DNA of 64,000 bases, from assembly GCA_964106915.2 (NCBI GenBank), contig OZ066918.1. One strand, 5' to 3'. Of this stretch, positions 25,386-35,881 are shown in pieces. Positions within the stretch are counted from its first letter, which is position 1, and each line of letters starts with the position of its first letter. Under the pieces are notes generated by a model. The model saw only the letters and a program-made list of their open reading frames with translations. It did not search any database and was not told the DNA's origin. Made by a program: the position numbers and the translations under genes. The stretch comes from Podarcis gaigeae. Taxonomy: Eukaryota.

Positions 25386-25739
25386 CTGAAAATCAAACAC
25401 AAACACATAAAAAAAAGTTCCATTAAGGAGAGGGAGGGAATGTAGCATTTTGGTGTGGAAGCAACACCAATTAGCACATCCAGCTAGCCTTGAAAATAGC
25501 AAAAACACAATCAAGAGTTGTCTCGTCTTCCCAGCTACTCCAATGCCAAAAAACTGGCAGTGCTTGTTCTTTTGACTACTTAAATCTATGTCTACTAATG
25601 ACTGGAGAAAAACTACAGTAACCAGATTTGCGCATTTTGCAAGAGTCCCTTAAAAGTTCAGTATAAAGAGGAAGCCCAGGTTAACATGAAACACATTTTA
25701 TTATTTTGACGTTTGATTGCTGTGTGATGTATTACTCAC

Positions 25740-25829
25740 CAGCATCCCATGAAGAGGGAGATGACCGTGAATTTTGAATTGATTGGTACCCGTGACTCCT
25801 TTGCTGGTGTAGAGCAACATATCTGAAAA
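25740..25829 (-). CDS. FARP2: FARP2 exon 21 (PH1)
   Basis: cctcag|TTT TCA GAT ... ATG CTG|gtgagt; FSDMLLYTSKGVTGTNQFKIHGHLPLHGML. Confidence 0.95.
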
Positions 25830-26904
25830 CTGAGGCAAGGAAAAGTTTACAAAATCATTTAGGTACTAGGAAAAAAGGCAATTCTATCTTTTGTCACAAT
25901 CCTTGGGTTACACCCAAAAAGTGCATAAGTAGAAAGCAGCTCAAGCAACTATTGTCTTTTTCTCTCTTCCTGCTCTGGAGCCCCTGAGCTCCTCTGAAAA
26001 TCCTCTCCATTGAATTGGGGGTTCCTCTGGAACAGTGAGGCTATGTTGTTTGGGGCTGCAGTAGGAATTTGAAATTGCCTGGAATCAGGCAGAGGAACCA
26101 TGCACAATTTATCCCTCCTATTGCAGCCCCAAATAATACAGCTCACACTGTTCAGGGGGCTCCCCAAACCTTTGCAGAGGCCACAGAGAGGGCAGAGAAA
26201 AATAGCAAAATTTATTGGCAAGCTGCCCTCCACACATACAACCATTGGATAAACGCCTTTGTAGCTTTATTTGCAAACCAAATAAATTTGCAAACCAAGG
26301 TAAGTTTTCTCTTTAAATTGTGCTGCAAGTGGTTCACAGTAAAGCATAACAGTAACAAAACCAACTATCACTGTCTGTTATATTTCTCTGTAAAAGTATT
26401 TAACTTTTATCCACTCAAGATATCTGCATTACACTATGCTTACAGTTTCTCATTGTAATTATAGGGCACAAATTATTACCAACCGGTTTTCAGTTCATAC
26501 ATGATTACAAAGAGTCCTTCAACACCAAGGGGAAAAACCCTGTAGTTTTTCTGTGCGTAATTAGGATCAAGCAAAGAGACTGCTCAACTAACAGAACCCA
26601 CTTTCTTTTCTTTTGGGAGCTCCTTTAAGGAACGGATCCTGACAACATCAAAATCTGATGAGGAACAAGAGCACATACAAATTAGCTGCCCACAGGGCAA
26701 ATGGAGAATATGAGAACCACCCTGCTGGATCAGATCAAAGATGCATCTCGTCCAGCAAACTGTTCTTAGAGGCCAACCAGATGCCCATGGCGAGGCCACA
26801 TGCAGTAGATGAGCACAGTAACACTCCTCCACTTGTGTTACCCAACAACTGGCATTCAGAGGCATTCTGCTTTCAATACTGTACTGTATGAAGTACACAG
26901 CCAT

Positions 26905-27050
26905 CATAGACTCAAAAGAATCTTGGAGTTGGAAGGGACTCTGAGGGTCATCTAGTCCAACCCCCTGCAATGCAGGAATCTCAGCTAAAGCACCCGTGAC
27001 AGATGGCCATCCAACCTCTGCTTTAAAATCTCCAAGGAAGGAGAGTCCGC
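26905..27050 (-). mobile_element. CR1 LINE 3' end
   Basis: GAGTTGGAAGGGACTCTGAGGGTCATCTAGTCCAACCCCCTGC is the reverse complement of the typical CR1 3' terminus. Confidence 0.8.
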
Positions 27051-27395
27051 AACTGTTCCATCATGACAAGCAGTTGCTGATCAAGGGCCATTCTGCTATC
27101 TATCTCTTGAGGATCCAGCCCCATGAGGAGGCAAAGAATCTGAGCTTGGATAAAGTCAGGGTTTGGGGACCCACCTATGCAGCTGCCTCACATTTCCTGA
27201 AACGTTCCATGCTGTATACAAAGGCTTCTTTATATTTTGGCTGTGAAACAACCGAGGCTCAAATAACAAAGCCGTACTCCTCAGAATATGTACATGAAAC
27301 TTAAGTCTTGACCAATCCCAATCAAACTACTACAGGGGAACGGGCTCCAGAAACCTCATTACGAGTTGAAATCTTGATCAAAAGCATCAGCTCAC

Positions 27396-27464
27396 CAGAA
27401 AGAACATCCTTTGCTGTAAACCCTTTTTGGTAAGCTTGTATAAGCAGCCTTCCCGGATAAATTC
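27396..27464 (-). CDS. FARP2: FARP2 exon 20 (start of PH1)
   Basis: ccacag|GAA TTT ATC ... TTT CTG|gtgagc; EFIREGCLYKLTKKGLQQRMFFL. Confidence 0.95.
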
Positions 27465-27807
27465 CTGTGGGGAAAAAATATACAAAGCTTTAGTACCTTT
27501 GATGGCTCTTCTGTGAAATGCAGCACTCTCTACTTCAGGGTTGGGGCTAACGGTTTTCGGCCCGAGGACTCTCTTACAGTCGCCCCCTCTCCGAGGCCTA
27601 CATGCCAGTGGTGGACATAGCCAGTGTATATACATGTACTAAACATACAGACCCCACTCACGACACATACAGTAAGCACAATGCCAGACATACAGGCACA
27701 CACCATACTCTTCCCCCTCTCTCACACATAAGATCACACTCAGACTTTCTGTTACTTTGCGTAGATTGGTTTGTGCAAAGAAAAACAAAACATTTCTCCC
27801 CACTTCA

Positions 27808-27849
<42 letters not shown>

Positions 27850-27897
27850 AGAGGTGTGTGTGTGTGTGTGTGTGTGTGTATGCATGCATGCATGCGT
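27808..27897. repeat. Compound microsatellite (TG)n(AG)n(TG)n(TGCA)n
   Basis: seen directly in sequence. Confidence 0.95.
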
Positions 27898-28299
27898 GGT
27901 AATGCTGCCATTTACTCTTAAAGAGCAATGAGCAGACAAAGGCTTTATCTTTATTCTTGATGTGATAGTGCTTAGCACTAAAATTGCAGTAGACAGACTT
28001 GCCTTGCTTCCCGACCACACCAGGATATAAATCTGGCCACTTCCCACGGATTGGCTGGCCAGATCTGGGCTGTGGGTTAGTCACCTCTGCTCTGATTATT
28101 GCCCTCATCACCAGCAGCACCACTTCCAGTTCTCTGCTGGAAGTGTGCCACTAAGCTACAAAAGGCATCTAGGCCACCAGAGCAAACTTATTTAAAACAG
28201 CTAGGCTGTCACAACTTGGCCACTCAGTTAGTGTTCTATTAAAACTAAGAATGACCAGGCTCACCACAAATTATGTGATCATCTCTTCCATTTATAAAA

Positions 28300-28810
28300 T
28301 GTAAGCATCCCCCAACTTATGCAGGGGTTATGTTCTGGGCCCCTGTGCGCATAAGTGAAATTGCGTAAAGTGGAGAGTACCTTCTAAAAAGCCTCTAAAT
28401 CTTCCCCCCACCCCAATTCTCCAGCACTCACTCTCACTCTCTCTCCATACAATTCTCTCTTCGATGTGAGTTTAAGCTCTGGGGCTGGCAGGAGTTAGGA
28501 GGATGCACTGGAACATGGCTGCTGCTGCGCTACCCCAGGTATCAGCCATTTGGCGGAGAGGCTGAGCAGCCTACACAAAGCCCTGCTGTGCCTCCGGTCT
28601 CCCCAGGGCTTCTTCTGTGCTATCTGGTGTCCTCTTTGGGCTCCGGGGAGGGTTTCTTTACAAGCGTTAAGAACTCTCCAGCTGACTCCCGCCATTTGAG
28701 TCTATTTATATTTATTTATATTCATTTATATGAGTCTATTTATCTATTTTTTGGCACTGTACATATGCTGTTGCACGCAAGTAGAACATGCGTAAGTGGG
28801 AGGATGTTTG
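28300..28810. mobile_element. Old Tigger-like MITE
   Basis: Imperfect inverted ends CATCCCCCAACTTATGC ... GCGTAAGTGGGAGGATG. Confidence 0.45.
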
Positions 28811-29154
28811 TCCAGTTTCCAAAGCTCTTTATAGTGCTGTGGTACACAACTAAGAGGCCTCAAAATGTCTAAGAGGCAAGTACTATTTTCCTGAGGATTT
28901 GTCCATGATGAATGAATACATGAAGAGAGCCTGCACACCCATGCATGCATCATGCTTGTGCTGGTCCCTGTTACCTCTGTGGATCAGCAATAATTGAAGG
29001 CCTGGGAAAACTGAAACAATGCCTACGATCCCTGAAATGAAGGCCCTTCAAAGAGCCTTTTCTCACATTGTTTTGCCAACCTTAAAAACATCTCGGTAAG
29101 TACATGCAAATACAATTTTTGAATGGTTATTTATGAAAGTTTCAATATTGAGAT

Positions 29155-29627
29155 ATATACGGCCTAGGACCCTCGTACTTACGGGACCGCCTCTCCTGGT
29201 ATGTCCCACAGAGGAACTTACGGTCTTCAAACAAAAACATCTTGAAGGTCCCAGGCCACAGAGAGGTTAGGCTTGCCTCAACTAGAGCCAGGGCTTTTTC
29301 GGCTGTGGCTCCGATCTGCTGGAACACTCTGTTACAAGAGACTAGGGTCCTGCGGGACTTGACATCTTTCCACAGGGCCTGCAAGACAGAGCTGTTCCAC
29401 CAGGCCTTTGGCCAGGGCACAGCCTGACTCCCTCCTTTGGCAATCTTCACAGAACTCTAGCCCAATGGTTGCCATCAATCTGATTTGAATTAATTTTATA
29501 ATGAAATGATTTTAGAATGTTGTATTATTTTATTGTTGTTAGCCGCCCTGAGCCCGGCTTCGGCTGGGGAGTGCGGGATATAAATAATAATAATTATTAT
29601 TATTATTTGGAAATAACATACTGGATT
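29155..29627 (+). mobile_element. L2-clade LINE 3' end (ORF2 C-terminus, 3'UTR, (AAT)n tail)
   Basis: GLGPSYLRDRLSWYVPQRNLRSS..LKVP..RARAFSAVAPICWNTL..FHRACKTELFHQAFG, then TTGTTAGCCGCCCTGAGCC and TAAATAATAATAA tail. Confidence 0.88.
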
Positions 29628-29750
29628 TCCCTAGTTCTGAAATAAACCAGTAAAACTTCTAAAGCCATCATCCCATAAAGGAGAAAGCAAGAAGAAAGGT
29701 CAGAAACAATTGAAGTACACTGGTCTTAAAATATGGAAAGAACTACCTAC

Positions 29751-29881
29751 TCTGCCAGCTGCTACAAGGTTATCAATGCCAAGCAGGTCGTGCTGTAACT
29801 CTGTTAGCTTCTGGAAATTCTCCAAACGGATGAGACTGTTTTGAAGCTGTGATGTAATTTCTGTGATTTCTTTCAGTGCAT
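29751..29881 (-). CDS. FARP2: FARP2 exon 19 (end of DH)
   Basis: ctgcag|AT GCA CTG ... GGC AGA|gtaggt; ALKEITEITSQLQNSLIRLENFQKLTELQHDLLGIDNLVAAGR. Confidence 0.95.
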
Positions 29882-30363
29882 CTGCAGAAGGGAATTACAA
29901 AAGAAAAGGTCTACTCCAAACCAACCAATCAGAGAAGCATGGATAAAAGTACAGGCCAAACTGAAGCAGTGTATGGACATTGCTTTTTTCCAAAAGGAAA
30001 AATGGAACGTTACATGTACTTATTTAAGAGAAGACGCAATCACAGAAATCTCAAAATGATTGGTAAGTGGACAGACTAGCCTAAACATACCAGACCATGC
30101 CATTTTAATTAGACCTACCCAAACCTTCCAACAATGCTATGGTATCAACAGCTACTAGTGACAATGGCAGTATTTCCTGCAGTATCAGGGGCTGTACACT
30201 GCTGAATGCCATATTTTGCAGAAGATGGTGGAAAAGTAAGGAATGGAAGACAGAGATTTTGGAAGCAAGCATAGTATATAAGCCCAGGGACAGTAACAGA
30301 GATATGTGTAATAACTCTATTTTGGCTTCTGAGACTGTAACCCACATTTCTCAGCTGTCTTTA

Positions 30364-30366
<3 letters not shown>

Positions 30367-30418
<52 letters not shown>
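30367..30418. repeat. (ATT)n microsatellite
   Basis: about 17 TAT units. Confidence 0.95.
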
Positions 30419-30683
30419 TACAGAGATCCTCATGGTGGGCAGTTTTACTCATGTACTGGGCTTTTTGTGCAGATTTCTTTGCTTACAACTTTCACTAGAA
30501 CAACTCTTCAAATTTAAGGTTGAGACTGTTCCATTATTCTTAATTGCTATAGTACTCAATTTCACAATAATTCCTAGGAGGCAGAATATGTGTCATTCAC
30601 ACGTGTGAATGCCACATTTATGTTTGACAGTAATGAGCTGGTCCAATGTCACACTTATCCATGATATCCAATTTTGCCCTGTA

Positions 30684-31035
30684 CAGTGGTGCCTTGCAAG
30701 ACGAAATTAATCCGTTCCGTGAGGCTCTTCGTATAGCGGTTTTTTCGTCTTGCAAAGCAAGCCCATTGACAGTTTAGCGGATTAGCGCTATTAGCAGTTT
30801 AGCGGCTTTTAGCGATCAGCTGTTAAGCGGCTTATCAGCGGATCAGCTGATAAGCAGCTTAGCGGCTTAGGAAAGGGGGGGAGGGGAAAAACCCCGCAGG
30901 AACTCGCAAGACATTTTCGTCTTGCGAAGCAAGCCCATAGGGAAATTCGTTTTGCGAAGCACCTCCAAAACAGAAAACCCTTTCATCTAGCGGGTTTTCC
31001 GTCTTGCGAGGTGTTCGTCTTGCGGGGCACCACTG
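30684..31035. mobile_element. Tc1/mariner MITE, same TIR family as 19018-19877
   Basis: TIR CAGTGGTGCCTTGCAAGACG ... CGTCTTGCGGGGCACCACTG, TA flanks; interior with TTAGCG repeats. Confidence 0.9.
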
Positions 31036-31502
31036 TATATTATATCTGCCGAATGCACACAGCCCCACCTATAAGAACTATGGCAGATACTTTTCTCACT
31101 TGTATTTTAAATGGAGATGTATGATGCAAAGCCAATAAGGATGAGTTTATACTTTTATGTTCACAACTTAACTACTGCAATAGTCAAAGATAACACTTCC
31201 CACAGCATTCACGTGACTCAGTATTTTCCAATGGAGACCGTTCACATGACTAAGTGCAAGTAAGATGATGGTGTGACTCAGTTCTTGGCTCAGTGTCACA
31301 CTGTTCACAGAAAGTAGAACAAAATAATAGGTAGTCCCCCCACCCAACAGGTGGGTAGGGATGCCCACCAGTCAATCACTGGGCATCACCATGACATTTG
31401 CCATACCAGGTCCTTGGGGATGTAGGACAATATATTTATTAAACACACACACAAACAAAATTAAGTGATTTAACTTCGAAAGGAAAGTGTTTGGTCCCAA
31501 TA

Positions 31503-31723
31503 CAGTGGTACCTCGGGTTAAGAACTTAATTCGTTCTGGAGGTCCGTCCTTAACCTGAAACTGTTCTCAACCTGAGGTACCACTTTAGCTAATGGGGCCT
31601 CCCGCTGCTGCTGCGCGATTTCTGTTCTCATCCTGAAGCAAAGTTCTTAACCCAAGGTACTATTCCTGGGTTAGCAGAGTCTGTAACCTGAAGCGTCTAT
31701 AACCTAAAGCGTCTGTACCACTG
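31503..31723. mobile_element. Tc1/mariner (Tigger-like) MITE
   Basis: TA|CAGTGGTACCTCGGGTTA ... GTACCACTG|TA; repeated TAACCTGAA subterminal motifs. Confidence 0.82.
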
Positions 31724-31887
31724 TACTTCCTTTAAACCCACAGCCTAAATTCAAGCTAGGATGCAAAAGAAGTTTCAAGTCATGGCTTGAACTTGACTTC
31801 ACCTGCTGTCATATATGCCTGGGAAAGGTTGACATAGGCTAGAGGTTAAAAATAACTGAAACCAGATGAACTAGTTTTGTAGCAAGA

Positions 31888-32138
31888 CAGTGGTACCTCG
31901 GAAGTCATATAGAATCCATTCCGGAAGTCCATTCAACTTCCAAAACATTCGGATACCAAGGTGCAGCTTCCAATTGGCTGCAAGAAGCTCTTGCAGCCAA
32001 TCAGAACCCGCGGAAGTCACATCAGACGTTTGGGTTCCAAAGAACGTTCACAAACTGGGAACACTCACTTCCAGGTATGTGGCATTTGGGAGCCCAAACA
32101 TTCGACTCGCAAAGCATTCAGGATCCAAGCTACGACTG
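31888..32138. mobile_element. Tc1/mariner (Tigger-like) MITE
   Basis: CAGTGGTACCTCGGA ... TCCAAGCTACGACTG|TA; central hairpin CTTCCAATTGGCTGCA / TGCAGCCAATCAGAA. Confidence 0.72.
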
Positions 32139-32247
32139 TACTGTTTCTACCAAGACAACTGAATTTCTGTCAATCAGCAACATAAAATGAAAATACAGAA
32201 TGTGTCGAGTATTGGAATTGCAGATATTTGTCTGATCTGTCACTCAC

Positions 32248-32485
32248 TCCTGCAGTCGGTGTAGTCCCGATGATCTGGCACATAGTGTTTGCAAAGTCTC
32301 CCCAGGATCAGCTTGTAGTGCATTAACCTCTGAATGGGTTTCAGCAGGAAAGTGTTGAGTGGCAAGTAACACACCTTCTGGAGTTCAAACTCCTTATAAA
32401 CCATTTCCAGTTTCTTTATGCGCTTAGTTGCTTTCTCTAACTCTGACAGGACTTCATCATGTTTCTTCAGGTAGGTGGTATATTC
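32248..32485 (-). CDS. FARP2: FARP2 exon 18 (DH)
   Basis: ctacag|GAA TAT ACC ... AGG A|gtgagt; EYTTYLKKHDEVLSELEKATKRIKKLEMVYKEFELQKVCYLPLNTFLLKPIQRLMHYKLILGRLCKHYVPDHRDYTDCR. Confidence 0.96.
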
Positions 32486-32912
32486 CTGTAGGATCACAAA
32501 AGATGCGGCCATGAGTACAGGCTCTGGCAGCATTTACTTTCAGTTTCACATAATCACGGGCTGTCATTGCACCCAAACCAAATCTTGTGGTTTAAAGCAA
32601 ACTCTGTTACCCAAACAAGACACTTTCATGACCCAGAATTTGAAAGCAGCTTGTTTGAAACAGACTGGAATTTGTTTTAAACCACAATATCTGGCTCATA
32701 GGTAACAAATCAGGATTCTATGAAAATGGAAGTTAACACTGCTGAAGACCTCAGTCCAGTCATGCAGGAGCAGCAGGCTAGAAGGCGCATGCAAGAATTT
32801 CGCCTGGGCTCCTTTCTTGAGTACACATCGCTAAACAATGATTTAATGTTATATATTAACCAGCCCACTGAACATGAAGGAACACACAGATTCTTGGGAG
32901 TTATTTCCCTAC

Positions 32913-32994
32913 CTTTAGCATATGCATATTTTTCAGCAAGACATCACCAATCCGTTGATAATCTCCTTTCGTGGGAGCATTGGAACGTCCCTCC
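32913..32994 (-). CDS. FARP2: FARP2 exon 17 (DH)
   Basis: ttgcag|G GAG GGA ... CTA AAG|gtaggg; EGRSNAPTKGDYQRIGDVLLKNMHMLK. Confidence 0.94.
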
Positions 32995-33368
32995 CTGCAA
33001 TGAGAGTGTAAGAAGATTGTGCTACTGCTCTTGGGAAATTGAATCTTACAATTATTTTCCAGTAGAAACTAAAGCATACTAACAGTAACTATAAAAGTAA
33101 AGAGTTCCAAAACTGTTTCCATTCATTTCTCAGCAAACTAACCATGTTTCCTGTTTCAATTTGTAGCCCAAATTGGAGTCTCAATAATCATTTTAAAAAT
33201 GGAAGAAAGGGGTTAACACTGTATGCTATCAACTAAACTTCTCTGAGGTTTATATGTATTTTGCAAAAATAGGCATGCCAGACCTGAAAATTTAAAACAA
33301 AGAAACCACATTTCTACTCTTTTTGACCAGATTCAAATGTTTGCCTTCACAATGCTGTTAACACTTAC

Positions 33369-33502
33369 CATAGTGCTAGCCGCTGTTCAAGCTCTTTCAG
33401 AAAACCTCTGTGAAATTCATAGATGGGGTCTATGTTTGAGAACAGCAAGGTCATGAGACCTTCAGGCATGGCATTTTCCTTGACAACTGCACTGCGGAAC
33501 CA
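33369..33502 (-). CDS. FARP2: FARP2 exon 16 (DH)
   Basis: ctgcag|TGG TTC CGC ... CTA TG|gtaagt; WFRSAVVKENAMPEGLMTLLFSNIDPIYEFHRGFLKELEQRLAL. Confidence 0.96.
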
Positions 33503-33817
33503 CTGCAGAGAGATAAATAAGAAGCAGATGTTTGGCTTCCTGTTCTTGGCATCAGCAATGTAAAAAGTATCAAAGAACCCAGAAAAACAACAACATGCAA
33601 ACAAATTTCAACAATATCAAACAAGTCCTTTGGCAGCAGACACATACTCTAAACAAGATGCACAAGAGACGTTTTGCAAATATTTCATCCGGCAAATTCC
33701 AGTTTATAACCAATTTTACCCTGAGGCTAAGGGACTGCAATAACACACAACTCACAATTTACACATACAACTATTAAAACAACTCTTTTTAGGGAAAAGT
33801 GGGTTTAAATCACTTAC

Positions 33818-33907
33818 TACAGTTAGGACTTCCAAGTCTTTTAAATAAGTTCGTTCAGTAGCAAGAATTTCTTTTGCAATGAAATAGGCTTTGTCTGCTG
33901 GGTATCT
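33818..33907 (-). CDS. FARP2: FARP2 exon 15 (start of DH)
   Basis: tttcag|AGA TAC CCA ... ACT GTA|gtaagt; RYPADKAYFIAKEILATERTYLKDLEVLTV. Confidence 0.96.
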
Positions 33908-35349
33908 CTGAAAGATAAAAGCAAATCCCAAATAAATGAAACAGAAAATGTTTCTTATTAAGAAACCTTGGTGGAGCTATATAATAAGACTACTTTGACC
34001 ATCCAGATGTGTCAATATAAAAGGAGAGCCAAAACCAAAGCCTCCTGCTCTAAATGGCTTTGAAGTATGTGGCTTTTTAAGGAAATATTTGAATCATCTA
34101 TGCCCAATGTATTCTTCAGGTGAGGCAATAGGAATCCTTAACCTGAGATGTGAATATGAGTTTCATTAAGCCACACCATGATCCTGATCTAGAGTTAGTT
34201 GCTTGAAACACACTGTTACCTGTGACCAAGCAGATACAGTAAGAACTAACCGGCAGTGGTGCTAATTCACAGATGGGATACAACTGGTAGTGCACATTCC
34301 TGACATTGATGGTAACTGGCATTCTCAACAGCACTGTCCCATACTGACATCAAATCTATTTGGTACTGGCATGAAATATTCCCTTTCCTCTGCTATATGG
34401 GCAGGAGAATGGACTGCAGATATGGTGCTGATGCAAAAAGCATTTTCTCCCACCCCACTATTTGGGCCATGCAACAATGACAGCACTGATCCTCTAAGCT
34501 GTATGTGTCTGGACAGAGACACACTGCATCGAAAAGCTTCAACCTCTTTGTCACATTGAGCCTGATGGAAATAGAAACATGGGTACAGGAAGCCACAAAT
34601 TTGCTTTTTAATACATCTCATCTAACCTCAGATAAGGCACCAAACCACAACCTTGAGGTTTACTGTATTATTTTCAATAGAAAAAGTCCTAAATTAAGAT
34701 TATGGAACATACTCCAAACACAAAAATGCCCAACCCCAAATTCCCAAATTCTTCTAAGTGTAAGATACAAAGTGGGAAGATAGAACTCCTAATTGTATGG
34801 TTAATTTCCCTCCGGCTTAGACATGCAAAATAAGGGTTTTGCCTTTCGTTCTAGTTCATTTCACGTTCACCAAGATTGATTCACCAGCAGTAATCAATAT
34901 GGTTGTTAAATAAGATAAATTCTCTATGGGTTGAGCTGAGCTTGCTAAACAACAAAACCAGCTCATTCCCACCTGAAAAAATGTGTTAAAGAGAAGGATC
35001 TGTTTTTGACAAGAAATAGTGGATTATTAGACTGCAGAAAAGCACTCAGAGAGTTGGAATTAATGTACTTTCTATAACTGTCTCTAATGTTTTACAGTAC
35101 AACTATCGTATTCCCCACAAACAGAAAGGACAAAAATGGTGCTCTTGAGGTAAAGAGAAGCATTTAGTTCATATCTCACTTTGAAACAGCTGGAACAAAG
35201 GATTGTTCCTTCTAGCAGTTTTATAGTAGCAGAGTGTCGTGTATTTATTTTAACATAGGTCAAGAAAAACCATTGTGTGGGAAATTTAATAGTACACAAG
35301 TCAGTACGATAGCATAGCACTGGCAGATTTGCACATTGCTAATATCTAA

Positions 35350-35644
35350 GGGCTTATGTACGCTTAACTTTTGCCATGCTCCTTCTATGCAGAGGTCCAC
35401 ACTTTAACGCTCTGTGTCCAAGTGGTTTATTTTGTTTTGTTTTGCCCCAAGCTTTCCCTGTGAAAACCTGTTCTTCAGTTTTCTGTGGATTGTGTTTCCT
35501 CTGATTGAAATTTAAAGAGTGGGTTTTTGCAGGGAAAGCTGTAGAGTAAAAACAAAAGGGGGGAGGGGGGCAACTCGGACACAGAAGTTTAAACCATGGA
35601 CTGTGTGTGGAAAGAGTAGAGGAAAGCTAAATGTGAATAAGCCC
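35350..35644. mobile_element. Palindromic PIF/Harbinger-like MITE
   Basis: TAA|GGGCTTAT ... ATAAGCCC; internal inverted arms AGCTTTCCCTGTGAAAACC / GGTTTTTGCAGGGAAAGCT. Confidence 0.5.
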
Positions 35645-35717
35645 CAACAAAGAAATCAGAAATTGAAGCAGAGGCTCATGAAAGAAACACAAATCACCCT
35701 CCTTGTCCTTGCCTTAC

Positions 35718-35881
35718 CTTACGCCTTGCCTCATCCTCTTCTTCTATCCTGGCACCACCAACATCGCTCAGAACAGGACTCAAAAGAGGAGATGAACCCT
35801 GGCCAGGTGTGTTCATATTCACATGAAATGAGGGGTTCAGAGTCATTGGACTCTTCATTACAAAGGAAGACAGCTGAGGAC
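35718..35881 (-). CDS. FARP2: FARP2 exon 14 (Ser/Pro-rich linker)
   Basis: acttag|GT CCT CAG ... CGT AAG|gtaagg; (G)PQLSSFVMKSPMTLNPSFHVNMNTPGQGSSPLLSPVLSDVGGARIEEEDEARRK. Confidence 0.92.

Noticed and set aside
27879-27897. Cluster of TGCATG (RBFOX-like) motifs
   Set aside because: Part of a compound microsatellite (TGCA)n and not adjacent to any alternative exon I could identify
29142-29450. 102-aa and 61-aa ORFs
   Set aside because: Remnant of L2 LINE ORF2 and its antisense frame; 5'-truncated, non-functional
30139-30498. ORF with poly-Tyr run; similar ORFs at 27602-28123
   Set aside because: Translations of (ATT)n and (TG)/(AG)n microsatellites
35718-35722. Tandem GTAAG in the exon 14 donor (CGTAAG|GTAAGG)
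   Set aside because: Using the upstream GT removes 5 nt and shifts the frame; no support for use
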